From the human T2T-CHM13v2.0 reference genome, Homo sapiens, in the NCBI RefSeq assembly GCF_009914755.1, contig NC_060928.1: a DNA stretch of 64,000 nt. One strand, given 5' to 3'. The position numbers were made by a program, and so were the translations under genes. Positions 41,321 through 55,713 of this stretch are shown here, in pieces. Within the stretch, counting starts at the first letter, position 1; every line of letters starts with the position of its first letter. The notes under the pieces are model-generated. The model was not told where the DNA came from, ran no database searches, and worked only from the letters and a program-made list of their open reading frames with translations.

Positions 41321-42570
41321 TTCTGGGAATTTTTTTCTAATAGATTTAGTAATAATTTTGATTGCCTACTTACGTGCCTACTATTGCCTACTATCTGCTC
41401 TAGGTAAAATGGATAGAGAAGTAAAAAAACAGACAAAATTTATGCCCTTGTGGAGTTTATGTTCTATTAGTCAATTCAAGTAAATGCAAATCCTCTCAAC
41501 AGAAACATCTTCAGACCAGGCCTCATATTCTGTATCTCTTACTTACTTTTTAGCTCCATGATATATTTTAAAAGATTACTTTTTATATGATTCCACTATT
41601 GTTTCCAGCAAGAGAGTTGTTCAGAGTCTCCGATCTTCTGTATGGCCACAAATGGAACTCAGCAAATTGTTAAAAAGTGAATTCCTTTCCAAGCTCATTT
41701 TATGAAATAATTCCTGGGTTTTCATATCAACACTGCACACATATTTAAATGTATTTACCACCTAGCCTGATTTATGAACTCTTGTGCTTTTTCTTTTCTC
41801 ACTTCTATGTGTGTGACCTTTCCACTTCCCTGTTGAAGGCATTCACAGTGCCTAAAATTGCACGTTGGAGCAAAAATAAGAAGAAAGAGTCTGTGTATGG
41901 AAGAAGGGAGGAATGTGTAGGTTTATGCTAAGACTCTTTTGGTAATCAAAAGGGAAGGTCTTTAGGAAACTCAGAGATTATGCTATGACAAGGGAAAGGA
42001 CCAATCCACCTTGCCCTCTCTGTCCTCTTAACCCTGAAGCCCTGTTGCCTTAGTGAGGACAGGAGAGATGCCTGGGTGGTAGGGGAGATGTAAGGGAATC
42101 ATTTGGAGAGGAGCAGAGGCAGCACCAGGAAGCCCCCCTGCTGGCAGCTCAGGACATGAGATCTGTGGAGACCAAGCACCTGCAGACTTCTGGTTCCTCA
42201 GGAAAGAACGAAACCTGTTTTCTCCTTGCCTTGTGGTATGAGCCTGCCCTGGTCAGTTGCCTACATGATGCCTGTGCATTATCCAGCAGAACCCAAGACT
42301 TTGTTGAAGTTTATTCAAACTACCCTATATGGATACCATCATCCTGTTTTCAACAGCACATGAAACATGAAGCAAAACAAAGGTTGGGGCCCTCGATACC
42401 TAAATAAATTGTAGGAGTGTAAGAATGAAAGCCCAGCATAAGTACCCAAGTGGAACTGGACATATACATATATATGCTACATATATGTTACATGTGCATG
42501 CATACATACACAAGCACACTCTCATGAACACATACACCTTCTTTATTTAGACATAGAGTAGAGATACATA

Positions 42571-42908
42571 CCATTTGTTCATTGGTATTCACTAAGGATT
42601 TGCTGCAGGACTCCCCAAGGATACCAAAATCTACAGATGTTCAAGTCCTTTATGTAAAGTAGTGTAGTATTTGTGTATAACCTACACACATCCTCTCACA
42701 CACTTTAAAGCATCTCTAGATTACCTATAATACCTACTACAATGTAAATGCTACATAAAGAGTTGTTACAGCATATTATTTAGGGAATAATGGCAAGAAA
42801 AATTCTGTACATGTTTAGTACAGACTCAACCATCTATTTTATGGTCAATATTTTCCATCCATGGTTGGTTGAATCCATGCAGAACCCACAGATATGAAGG
42901 GATGACTG
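42571..42908. mobile_element. MER2 (TcMar-Tigger MITE)
   Basis: GGATACCAAAATCTACAGATG...CATCTCTAGATTAC...GGGAATAATGGCAAG...GGTTGGTTGAATCC...GGGATGACTG. Confidence 0.9.
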
Positions 42909-44832
42909 CATATTCATTTTTTTCTTTATTTTAAGCAAGGAAACTTTAAAACAATATTGCAGCCATTTATTATTTGGATGAGGGTAGGGATGGACCTGGC
43001 AGCTGGAAGCTAATGTTCTTTCTATACTACACTCTGATCCTAAAAAGTCCTGTGGCAGGGACTTCCCAAGATGGACAAAAATCCACATCCTTTAGAAACA
43101 CATTTAACTAAATTACTTATAATTGTAGTCTTTAAGGCTGAGTCTTACAATAGACTACACACCAAACCTTTTAAGGACTAGGAAGGCTCCTGGCAACAGT
43201 GAGGCCCACTGCACCAGATGCCAGGATTCAGGCAGCAAACCCAGTCGTGGGGCCAGGAGCAGCTGCTGTAGCAGCCAATTAAAATGGATTCTCCTGAAGA
43301 AAAGAACTTTCACGGGAGAGATGGGAACTTCATGAGCAATAAAAGCAAACCCCGTGGCTGTTTCTACTTTTGTTAACCATGGGCTAAAAATACCAAATGA
43401 ACATCAACAAACCCACACACTTCATCCATCTCTGTCCTCAGAGGAATGCCAGCAAATCTGCCTCCCTTCCAGGGAAATGTCTGACCAGAGAAGGCAGAAC
43501 TTCAGAGAGCCAAGAGGAGGAAGAAGAAACTTGGAAATCAGCTGTGGACAAAGCTTTTCCACAGAGAAAAGATTTCACCAAGAATTATTATAAAATGAGT
43601 TTTTAGGCATTAATCTACTAACACTTATGAAATATGAGTATTTGAAAAGGAGTGTCTGGAGCACCTCTCCATCAAAAATAGAAGAAAATTTGTGAGCAAT
43701 TTTGGAAGCATTTTACATCCACATCTTACCACTCGCCACGTGAAACAATTACTTTTTTGGGCACTCACAAACTACATATAGCGAGAGATAGTAGGAGCTT
43801 CACAAGAGTTGGAGTACCTAAGAGACTCCAAAGACACAGTAGGCAAATGCTAGTCATCCATCCTTAAGATGTTTTTCAGTGTTTACAACATGCAGTGCAT
43901 TCCTTCAGTAACTATCTGTATTGTTCTTTCCTGCTCCAAAAGGGAGGCCTTAACATAAACAGCTGATGATAATACTAACAAATGAGCCCAGTAACAGACA
44001 TTTATCCCCAGTGTAATCTAAGAGCAGAAGGTGTAATTAATTCTGCAGGGGGCAGAATTTGGAGAGGAGGTGTCAGGTAAAGCTTCCTTGTAAACATTGG
44101 TTTCTTTTGCAGAAAAATCCAGGGCTCTTTATTTCTGCCTGATATGAAACTCTTGACGAATTGTCCTCACCTTTTATATATCCAGCTTATGTCTTGTTTT
44201 GTTAATTCCCATATACACCAGGCTACTTACCTTCCCGATTTAATAGATAAGCACCATGAATGTTCTCAACCCATCAAGGCTCAGCTTATTTAACCATTAC
44301 CCCCTTCCCAGGACTATTCCTGTGATTAAACAAATGTGAGCATTAGTAAATACTCCTACATTGTATTTAAAGACGTATCCCAGTGTCAGGGATGCACATG
44401 GCTGCCAAGCACTTCACCCTGTGAGAATTGCCTTTTTTAACATATAAACAAAGGAAAAAATATCTCCTTAGTATGTATAATGGAAAGTCCAGTGTCTCCA
44501 AAGATTGGAGGGCAAAGGGAGATTATGGTGGTTTTTTGCCATGCATCTCCTGCCAAATTTTTTACCTCCACCTCTGGTATCCCAGGTCTTGTTCACCCTG
44601 GCCCTTTCCCTCACTGTGCCCATTCACAGTGGACATTTCCCTGCTTCTTAAACTTCCTAAAATAGTCACCCAAAGTGTGACTACAAAAGGAAGTTATATC
44701 TCAGTGCAGCAAGGCAATCAGCCTAAAATCCACATTAATTCTCCTGGTTCTTAAAATTTTCTCCTGCATTCCCACAACTAGAAACAACTCCTCCTCCTCC
44801 TCTTTCTCTTCCTTCATGTTTCACTGTTTCCT

Positions 44833-44975
44833 AAGGGTCTGATGCTTGTGCTATTCTGGGGCCTTTTAAAAGACAAACAAGTACAAAATTATAAATATAA
44901 TATTAGATACAGGGCCTTGGGAGGGGCTCATGCAAATGAGGTGCCCCAAAGCCTAGACTTCATTAGCTTTATTAG
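44833..44975. mobile_element. MER53-like hAT MITE
   Basis: TACAAAATTATAAATATAATATTAGATACAGGGCCTTGGGAGGGGCTCATGCAAATGAGG...CTTCATTAGCTT. Confidence 0.75.
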
Positions 44976-45869
44976 CTCCTTGTTCATTTCTCTATTTCTC
45001 TTTCACTATCTTCCTTCCTTTCATGGCTGCCAGCCACCTCAACACTTCAATTTGCAGTGTTTTTCTTATAAGAACATCAAGTTTCACAACCCGAAGATGT
45101 TAGAATGTATTTTGCTAAATAAAATAATGTTTTCTCCCAATATTTTAAAGCCTATAGCTTTTAAATGAACATGCTTTATTTCCATTATACTTAGCATTAA
45201 GAATTCTAAGCTCTGGATTCTTCTCTCCATCTTAGAAGACCACAGTTCTTCATTATGTATACCCATCACCATCGCCCCAGCTAAGTCAGATCAATTTTAT
45301 ATTTAATCTAGAATACAGCTGCCTTAGATTGAAGGAGACAGGATGTATCACTAGCTGTTATTGGCAGTTTAACAGTTTCTGCTCCTGAGTGCAAATAAAT
45401 TGACTGACAATAAATGTATGTTCCAGTATTTAGTTGAACAGAAAGGAGAGTTTATAGAAAAGAGGCCTAACCCACTAGATGGGAAATAGAAAAAAAAAAA
45501 TCAGTTTGAGGTGAGATATCATGACCTAATTAGTCAATTCTAAAACTATTTCTCAATATCCTGTGTTTTGCTTCAGATGGTAGAGGTCACCCATCTTATT
45601 TACATATACTCACTACTACCATCCCAGCCAAAGCATATCAATTTTAGATTTCTCTGAGAATACAGGTCTCCTGGACTGGAGCTAACTGTTCCCATATATG
45701 GGATCTGTCAATAAGGAAATATGGTAAGGAGAATCCTAGGGAAATCTATATACACAGAGGCAGGTAAATTGCCCCCAGCAAGGCCAGACCTCATAAAATC
45801 TTATGAAAGGGGTTCCCTGATCTACACCTTCTTGATAATGATAATAAACAGCAATAAAAACTCAGTTAT

Positions 45870-46075
45870 AGATTATTAAGAACTTTTATTTCCTGCTAAA
45901 TATTTTATATAATACTCGCCATTCTTGTACCAATTCTGAGAAGAGAGAAGTTACTATTCTTCATTGTATAGGTAAGGAGACGGCAATTTGGGGAAGTTAA
46001 ATAAGTCTTCCAAAGTCATATCTCTGATAAGTGAAGAGCACAGAATTCAAATTCTATGTCTGTTTCATCTGAAAA
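45870..46075 (-). mobile_element. MIR
   Basis: CATTGTATAGGTAAGGAGAC...AAGTTAAATAAGTCTTCCAAAGTCATA...GAATTCAAAT. Confidence 0.65.
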
Positions 46076-46086
46076 CTACATAATAC

Positions 46087-46166
46087 TTTGGTTAAAACAT
46101 ATGAAATTACCATTTTTGTAGATCAAAGGTAGTCAGATATTGGCAATTTCACATGGTACAACCTAA
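46087..46166. mobile_element. 80-bp mariner-derived palindromic MITE (MADE2-like)
   Basis: Imperfect TIRs GGTTAAAACATATGAAATTACCA / TGGCAATTTCACATGGTACAACC; total length 80 bp. Confidence 0.75.
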
Positions 46167-46376
46167 CACATTATCAACTCTCAGCTTAAAAAGTCTGTTA
46201 AAAGTCTGAGAGATTTTAGATTTGCACAACCCAAATGAGGAGATTTTAGATTTGCACAGCTAATATTCACAACAACCCCAGGGAGCAAACAGATAGCTGA
46301 GAGGGACACCACCTGAAGTGGCACAATAGACTATGTAAATTGCAGAGCCGGAGTCAACTTCCTTAATTCTTTAGGA

Positions 46377-46560
46377 CAGGCTTCAGAAGACCTGTCCTGT
46401 AAAGAGCCAGATAGGCAATATTTTCAGCCTAAAGGCCATACTGCCTCTGGCACACTACCCAACCCTGCAGCTATAGCATGCAAACAGCCATAGACTACAT
46501 AAACAGATGGGTATGGGCATGTTCCAATTCAGCTTTCTTTACAAAAATAGTCCAACTCCT
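46377..46560. mobile_element. MER58A-like hAT-Charlie
   Basis: CTGTAAAGAGCCAGATAGGCAATATTTT...AACAGCCATAGAC...GTTCCAAT...TTTACAAAAA. Confidence 0.8.
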
Positions 46561-46669
46561 AATCTAATGATTTCCCTGGATTTTCTTAGAGAGATTATAG
46601 CAAGAGAATTATCACTCAGTCTAATACAGAAAAACCTACTGGATGCAGAGGGCTTACACACAAAGGGAG

Positions 46670-46905
46670 ACAAGATAGCTTAGTTTTAATGGTCTTGGCT
46701 CTGGGATCAGACTGCTGAGCTTTGAATTTCAGCTCAGACACTTGTCTGCTGTGTGACTTTGAGTAAGCACTTCAACTAAACCTCAATATTCTTATCTGTA
46801 CAATGGAATATTAATATCCACTCCATAGAGTTATGAGAATGAAAGAACTTATACAATGCCTGAGTGCAATGCCTGGTATATGGAAAACACTCAGTAAAAT
46901 TTATT
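46670..46905 (+). mobile_element. MIR
   Basis: GGCTCTGGGATCAGACTG...GCTGTGTGACTTTGAGTAAG...ATCTGTACAATGG...TGCCTGGTATATGG. Confidence 0.85.
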
Positions 46906-48711
46906 GGGTGTTAAAAGGGACTTTCCCAGGGGTCTTGGCATTTTTTGGCTAAACTCCTGCAGTTAAGGACATTAGTGATAAGGACCTACACTCTTTGAAG
47001 AGATCACTCTTTACAATTTGCATGCAGGATATTAGAAAAAAGCCATCCCAGTATTGTGAACATCACTCTTTCTAGGCTCTATGAGAGGAAAATTGACATT
47101 CAAAATGGGGGCCGCAAAAAGGGAATTGATAGAGGGAGCATCAGGGGGATGTGAGTGGCAGTTTTCTTTCCTCTCCCTAAGTCATGTAAAGAAAGCCATG
47201 TAAGGGAAGACTTCCCTTACAAGGACCCCTGTTAGAGAATCTCCAGAACCTCTGTTAGAGATGGAAGAAGAGATGAGCACCTCACTCCTATTTACCAAAC
47301 CACAGAAATGCAAGTCCAGGCGCTTTCACTAAAGAGGAGAAAAACATGCTGAGAGAGCTAAAGAGGAAAAACATCACATAGATCCCCATGAATGTAAGAA
47401 TTACAAGAACATAGAGACTGATATCTGTCTCCCACATGAAGAATGCAAAAGGCAGAAGAAATGCTGCGGTGGTAGAGAAGAGCAGAGCAACAATAAAGTG
47501 GCCAACAGTTGGGTCAGTTATACGCCCACCATTTAGTGGTGAAATATGCGTGAACTTCTTCCTGCCAGTTAAGTGATGGCACAGAAAATAGTTAAGCATA
47601 AGCTGTTGAAGTAGATCTAATTCAAACATGTCACTTCTAGAATGAGTGAGGTGCACTAGGGTTTCAGAGGGTACATCTGTGAAGGGAAGTTCACAATAGA
47701 CCAGCTGTTTGTGCACTGCCTCCCTCAAAGGTAACAGAAGACACCAACTATCCTATCGCCACAGCTCCAGGCAGATACAACTCTATACCTCTTCCTTTAA
47801 TTTTTCCTTTCTCTTCCCTAAACTTCAACTTCCTCGTTCCTGAAGCCAGCAACAGGAAAGTGTATGGGTGAAGGAATAATGAAAAACAGGCATGGTCCCT
47901 CTTTCCACAGCAGCCTCCAGGCCAAAAGTCAGGACAGAAATTACCGGGGAGGAGGAAGATTTTTAATTGCATGTGACATTGAAATATTAACTGTACTGCA
48001 CTTTTTAATGCCTTTGGTGAAATTTAGAGTCAACAAAAATGACTGCTATTTAAGAGCTGAAGCCAATAGGTATGTGGGGCTCTGCCTAAAATGTCATCTA
48101 AGGTATGGAAGGGAGATAAGAAACAGAATGTTGGAGGGAAGTCGTGGGAGAAAACTTAAATCATTTTCTTCTTGTGAGCCTACTGATTTCAGGTTGCATT
48201 TTCTCTTATTAAAACCAGACCTGTGCATGTACATGAAAGAGGAGAGCAAGATTTGTAGAAAAAGTAGGGGGTGGATATTTTAGCCAGGGCATGGCCATGA
48301 TATGGGGTATATCTGGAGGCAAAGAAAGAAGTGTGAGTTTGGGCAAGAAGATTATTTCCAAATGAAAGACATGAGGTGCCCCAATAGAGACTGTTTTCCT
48401 CCTTGCCTTAAGGTAATAATGACTTTTATCTCAGGAAGAGAAGGATGGGCATAGGAGCCTGCCACCAGACACAAGTCTTTGGCTATGATTTTTCACACAT
48501 GGAATTAATCCAGAGAAAATAGACAAGAAAGCTAAATTTTTAAAGAAACTGTAGTGACAGAGGAATCCCAGCCCTGGCTAATGGTAACCTTGTGAGTGCT
48601 TAATCCATAAAGCGGGATTAGGGTCCTTAAACTTGTACCACTGGGAAGGACCTGAAAAAGATGTGCAGGCTCCCAGAAAGTCGTCTTGCCTGTGTTCATG
48701 GAGGACAATGA

Positions 48712-49191
<480 letters not shown>

Positions 49192-49452
49192 TGAAAATTC
49201 TTTCTCCATCATTGTATGTTGTACACATTGAAGACAGATAATTAACTTTTGACTTATGAGTCACTAGAACGTAAGCTACACTCAGATTTGACAAATAGGA
49301 CAGCATATCACACAGAGGTCCTGAATTTCAAGCTGGATGTGGTAACTGAATGAAACTTTGGTGTGGTCTTCACTGGAAAGGCGAGAGACCCGCAATAATG
49401 AGGAACAAGGGCCTGGGAATGTTGGGTAGCCAAGGGAATGGGTAAAGGTAAA

Positions 49453-49943
49453 TGTGGTGGTTTGTCTATCCAAAGGCTCTTCCCTATGCCCCTCTCCTGA
49501 CCTCCTCAATTGCGGGGGCTGGAAAGCTAAAGCACTCACCTTCCCAGACATGCTTGTAGCTCAGGGTAATCAAGTAGCCCAGAACTGGCCAATGAGGCAT
49601 GGGTAGAAGTTACTGGTGAGATTTCCAAGAAATATGATTGGTTTTTAAGGGACAGTCTGGCCAAAGGCTGTCGTTCCCTTTGGTCCTTCCGTCTTCCTGA
49701 CCCCTTCCTTTTTCTTCTTGCCTAGACTAGGTAATTAATACCTGGAGGTGTAGCAGGCATTTTACAACAGTGAAGTAGAAATTTTAAAATGGTGGAACGA
49801 GACAGAAAGAGCTCCTATGACACCACTGAGAAGCTGCTCCAGAGCCACGCTTCTTATGACATGAGAAAAATAAACTCCTATCTGGTGGAACTACTGTGAT
49901 TGAATCTTCTGCCATTTGGATGTGAATTAATTCTTAACTGACA
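49453..49943 (+). mobile_element. Old ERVL-MaLR-type solo LTR (MLT1J/K/L or LTR33-like)
   Basis: TG start; CTTCCCAGAC...TGTAGCT; TGGCCAATGAG; TGAGAAAAATAAACTCCTATC; ends AACTGACA. Confidence 0.7.
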
Positions 49944-50509
49944 TAATGTGGACTACATGCTCCAGTCATTAAAGTATATGTTTTAGAAATAAGAGTATTT
50001 ATCAAAGTGTGTTAAAAGATTTTGATCAAAAGTCAGTCCTATGAACAATGGTTTGGGAAACACCAAGTTAAAGCAAATTAAACAGCTTACTTTATTTAAG
50101 GAAGTACAGGATACTGCATTTCCCTCACTTATTTCATTATCAATTTCAATGCCCTGGTTTCACTAGAACAAAGTTTGGGAAATTCTGGTGTATGACATAT
50201 CAATAATATAGGACATAATTAATAACTTTTTCCTAAGTAAAAAAACAGGTTATAGTATGTATTTATGTTTACGAAGATTATGTCTTCTGAACATTTTTAT
50301 CTATTTACTTGTTTTTCCATACTATCTAAATAAAATATAACTACTTATGTCATTCTTGTAATCAGAAAAAAAAAAACACAATACTGTTTTCTCAGTAGAA
50401 TTCTGCTTACTTGGGGGGAATGAATGGAGACATGTGTTAAGTTCTTGCATGTTGTATTAAGTAATAGAACTACATTCCGGTAATGTATCTGCCTTAAATA
50501 GCATGACTA

Positions 50510-50771
<262 letters not shown>

Positions 50772-51309
50772 CTACTGTTTGCTTAAAAACCTGCTGACAG
50801 AGCACATGACCAGCTGTGGAGATGAACACGGGAGGGATTGGGGGTGGGGGTTGGGGTTCTCTGTTTGTTCCTGAGAAAGTAAGAAACCCTCAGCTCAGAC
50901 TAGTCTGTGGCACCAGCAGAACTGTCTTGAGGAGAAGATAGAAACTGTTGCATAAAGAATACTCTGAAGAAGGTCCTCACATGAGTGGCAGTCAGACAAG
51001 CTCACGGTGAGTACAGGTGCCTTCAGTTCTGTCAAAATGTTAAGATATATTAAGGAATAAATTAAGGAATATTAAAACCATCAGAATTTTATTTCTTCTA
51101 CATCTAAGTGACCATATATAGTTGTAATGTGGCCAAAACTAACTTGCCACAAAAAATATCAATTATTTGTAATTTATTTAGACAATGGCTCTTTTTGAGG
51201 TTTTTAAAGAAAATTTAAAATGAAATACAAACTCAATTTATAAAATTATTTTGCTATGGGGTAGACAGTTAAATAAGGCCTAAGAACTCAATGGAAATAA
51301 TGTATAACT

Positions 51310-51505
51310 ATTAATATTCTGATTTTAATAGTTGTATTGTGGTTATATTGGAAACGTCATTTTTGTGGGAAATACACACTAATGTATTTGGAAATGATGG
51401 GACACCCGTTTGGAAACTTTCTTTCAAAAGCTTCAAGAAAAAAGGTCTATGTATTTTTCTTGCAACTTTTCTGTAAATTTGTGATGATTTCAACAATATA
51501 AAAAT
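51310..51505 (+). mobile_element. L1ME/L1MD 3' end
   Basis: TTGTATTGTGGTTAT...GGAAATACACACT...TTCTTGCAACTTTTCTGTAAATTTG. Confidence 0.75.
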
Positions 51506-52109
51506 GCATTTAAATCAATGATTAAGCAAAAAACCTCACTAAATTCTATTCATCACCTTCTCCACACTTGTTTCAGATCACTAGAAATATCAGTTCTGCA
51601 AGCTCACACAACTGCGAACCAATTTATTAATGGACACGCTAAGCTACATTGCTGTGGAAAGGCATTGTCTTAGCATAGTTTTTTTCCAACGAGTACCCTG
51701 ACAGCATCTCTATTTCTACTTAGAGGCTGAAAACACTTTGCCATTAAATAACTATTTTCAACAGTGAGAATTTTGTATACTAAAAAATATATAAAGATAT
51801 CTCCTCCATAATCCATTACACTCTCCAAGGTATTTTCACATACCTTACATCACTGGATTCTCATCAGATTGGGAGGCAACTTGAGGGAGCTGAAAGAGAA
51901 GGAGTCCTAGACTAGGAAGGACTTGGCCTGTGATTCCAGCTGCACACATCCTGTGTGCCTTGGGAACATTGCCTAAATTCTCTGGGCCTCTCCTTCAATA
52001 GCTGCATCTCCTAAGTAATAAATGTGCCATTTACAATAATCACACTTTTCATTGTGAAGATATAGTAAAGTAAAAGTCACCAGGATGAAGTATAAATCAC
52101 AATCAAGGA

Positions 52110-52400
52110 TCACTTGTTTATCCAACCAACAATTATCCTGTACTTGTTCAGTGCCAAGCACTGTTCTAGGCACAGGAGACATAGCTATGCCCTACAGATA
52201 TGGTTCCTGCCATCAAGTTCACAGTCTAATGGAAGCAGAGACAGACAGGACAATCAAATGATGATATCACCAAGTGACTGGGGTAAGGTAAAGAGTGACT
52301 TTAAGAAAGATAGTCACAGTGAGCTTCTTTAAGAAGAGCTGACACTTCAGTAACAGGAGGCAGCCGTGCTAAGACCTGCACGAGCAGCTCCCCCAGAGTG
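52110..52400 (-). mobile_element. L2 3' fragment
   Basis: GTGCCAAGCACTGTTCTAGGCACAGGAGACATAG...AAGTTCACAGTCTAATGG. Confidence 0.75.
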
Positions 52401-53689
52401 ACCCATCAGAGGGGAAAGATGCCTTCAGAGGGAAAGGTTGCTTTGTGGAAATGCAGCTTTCTGTCAGTGTCCTGTGATCCCAGGCTGCAGAGTCTGTGAA
52501 CACAGCATTATCCCTTCAGCTGCTGGTTGTTTGGGTACATTCATGGAGAAATCATATCAGGGTGAATAAGAGTACCCCAATTATTCTAACCTCAAACTCA
52601 AAGAGATTCAGCTAAAGAATAACCCTAGACTTTTAAGGAATTTTTTTTAAAGATAATGTGTGTATGTGTGTGTGTATGTGTGTAATATTATTCAAATTTT
52701 TATATGATTACATTTCATACGAATATTATTTCTGAAATCAGTTATTTTCTATTCTCCTAACTCAACAATTACACTCCCATTTACATACTATATTAGGGCA
52801 ATTATCCTCAAGTATAATTAAGAAGCTAAAAAATGAGCACAGAAAGGCTTTGTGACCACATACAGGCAGACTGCCTTATAATTGAATTGCATGAATCAGG
52901 TAAAAAGCAAAGAAAGAAGAGAAAAGTTATTCCAACTCTAAAACCTCCGACTATCCGACAGTCATGGATTGTCCCCAAACACGGACTGTTAGTTTTATTG
53001 TCATTTACTTTGTACATTCACATCAGTAAAGTTTAGTCATTTGATTCATGCTTCAAAATTTTTTAATTGCAAAGTTTTCATGACTTAAAAATGGAAAACT
53101 CCTGAATTAGAAAGACTGTTCACATTTATGTGTCTGTCTATTTGTGCTAAAAATTATTTCTCCAGTCTACATTTACATTCCAATCTAGGATTGCTCTTAG
53201 AGAATTCTGAAATGCTTTCTATATTTGGTAGAACTGCATCAGAAACAAAAATATGCACATTTATTTCTTGAAGGATCATACCATGTTTAACATGTAATTC
53301 CAGCTCCCCTTTGCCTTTACATTTTTCTTTCATGGGGAAAAAAAATGCTTTCAAGGTATGGATGGCACAGGCCATTTGGCCTCAGACCAAAAATCACCTG
53401 AGGATCTGTGACTTCCTGGAATAGATGGGTGTCAGTCATAGAGGTCCTGGTTCAGAGGCTGAGGCACACAAAGCCTCCTTATGTCAGGAGGGTGCTAGAG
53501 TCAAAATTCTCATCCTCTCCTTTCCCATCTAATCTCTATTCTTAAGAAGCACTTAAGGCACACAAAGTAAGTGTTGGGTGAATATTCCAGAATTAGCAAA
53601 GTGTGCTGAGACTTCTAATCATTTCACAACATCGTTCTCTCCTTCTTTCTTTATATCTCTGAGTATTAGTTGAGTGAATGGCTGCTCTT

Positions 53690-54035
53690 CTACAGTCCAC
53701 TTCTCCCAGCTAAGTGAGTTTGTGTGGTTGAGTGTTGGCCAAGAGTGTGTGAGCAGAAGCTATTCCCCAAAGGAAACTGCAACCCCTACACTGCTCTTTT
53801 CCTCACTCCTTGGACTGAACAACATTGACCACCCCAAGATGAAGGCAAATCCCTAGGGAGTAATAAAGCCATGGGATTAAAGGATCCTGGTTCTTTGAAT
53901 GACATCATGAAACAAAGCCACCTACTTTTCAGCTGTTACATGACAGAAAAATATTACTAAACTTCTATTTTGTTTAAACAATGGTGCTTTCAGTTTGTTG
54001 ATGACAGAAGTTCAATTAGTATCCAAACTAGCACC
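53690..54035 (+). mobile_element. Partial MLT1 (MaLR) LTR
   Basis: CCTGGTTCTTTGAATGACATCATG...TGTTACATGACAGAAAAA...AAACTTCTATTTTGTTTAA. Confidence 0.6.
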
Positions 54036-54574
54036 CACAGCAATTAATTCAACATGTATTTGATTATCTCCTTTCTTTGTGCTAGGTACTGTGCTACTTT
54101 CAGTGGGAAATTAAAAAAAAATCAGAAGATATATTTCTTGCCCTTACAGAGGTTAAAAACTAGTAGAAAATTATATGCACAGAAGTAACTACAAAGCAAG
54201 GGAGGATGCAAGAATGCATCAGAGAAGGAAGACAGCATAAAATTCTGTCAGTCTGTTAAACTTGTAACCAACATCTTTTCTTGAATGCCAAATATGTGGA
54301 ATGACAAGCCAGCCTGCATGAAAATGATAAGGGTGGTGAAGCTTATTTGCACCCATCTTTTTTGCCTGTTTCATATTTCTTCCTCCTTTCCCAGGCACCC
54401 AGAGCCTTCTGTCTTCTATAAACCTCCCTTGCAGTGTCCCAGCAGCTCTGGATGGTACCCTATGCCCATACTCCCCTCAGTATATGCATGTCAAGTTTCC
54501 TTTTTCCTCAGGTTCTTACTGCCTCTGGTTCTTACTTAACAAGTGTTAAAGGTATACTGTGTTGCTGCCTCTCT

Positions 54575-54810
54575 AGTAATAATAGCTAGCATTTCTTGAA
54601 CATTTGCTATGTACCAGGTATTATTCTAAGCTCTTTCTATGTAACTCGTTTAATATTCACTGAAATCCCATGACAAAGGTACTGTTAGTAGGAAAACTGA
54701 GGCTCAGAGAGGTTCAGAAATTTGCCCAAACACACGCAAATAAGTGGTTTGTATTTGAACCCAGGCAGTCTGATTCCTGAGCATCCAGAATCTATGCTTT
54801 TAACTGCATA
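54575..54810 (-). mobile_element. MIR
   Basis: GGAAAACTGAGGCTCAGAGAGGTT...TTTGAACCCAGGCAGTCTGATTCC. Confidence 0.9.
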
Positions 54811-55205
54811 CAGCACAACTTTTAGCATTTTGTCAGTCATCTTTGGAAAATAAGAGGTTTTAATGCTAAGTGTTGGGCTCACAGGAGTTAAAACTACTTT
54901 GGCAGGACAATAAGAAAAGATAATTTGCATAAAAAGTCCTCACATCAGACCTTGTAGATAAAAACCTACCAATGGCGTGCCAAACCAAGTTCACTGTTTC
55001 TCTTCATAAGGTTAAATGAAGACTCTTGAGGAGATAAAAGATTCCCTCATCTCAAGAACTTACTACCCAAATGACACTTGTAGTAGTCTTTCTGTTCCAG
55101 TGATGATCTGGTGCTCCTTTAAGGAAGGAGTGGGATCCTATAAATAGGAAGATGATCTGCTTGGGTGCCATTCTATAGGATGGCACTATTTCCCAAACTG
55201 GAGTA

Positions 55206-55713
55206 TGTTTTGATTGTCTCTTCTTCACTCCATTGGTGAGGGAGGCATTCCCACCCTGGAATTATAGGGATGGCAGAACACACAACGCCCAGCACTGGGC
55301 AGATTATATCCCAGCAGTTTATCAGTCACATAGATGCACAGACTGGGGAAGAACACTGCACTCCACTCAGGACGGCGGGGTGAGTTGCATTTGGGAACAC
55401 AGTGAACAAGCAGAGTTGTGGGAGGCAGGCTTTGTAGTACCAAGAGGGTGAGGTGACCCTTGATTCCTGCAGAAGCACGTGCTTGGCTTGTTTTAATAAT
55501 GTTGCAGGCCCGGAATTAAAGCCTGCTATTGAGGGATAAACAGACACTGTGCCTGGTTCCTCTGGTAAGTAGTGTTGTTTGGCTGGAGGACTTTATCCAC
55601 AGGAGTAGAGTGGAGGAGGGGGGAGCTTGTGATTAGGCCATTAAAAACTCTCCCAGTTTCAGATGGCAAAGAAGCACATAATGCTGAATCTTAATTTCAA
55701 GCCTGATACCACA
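55206..55713 (-). mobile_element. ERVL-type solo LTR, about 508 bp; family not confidently named
   Basis: TG...CA termini; decayed polyA signal on the minus strand (GATAAACTGCTG); resembles recalled ERVL LTR consensus; no clear TSD. Confidence 0.65.

Noticed and set aside
42131-42146. CTCF-like GCCAGCAGGGGGGC on the minus strand; also CCACTAGATGGGA at ~45472
   Set aside because: Both lack the conserved C of the GGC triplet in register, so they are weak matches.
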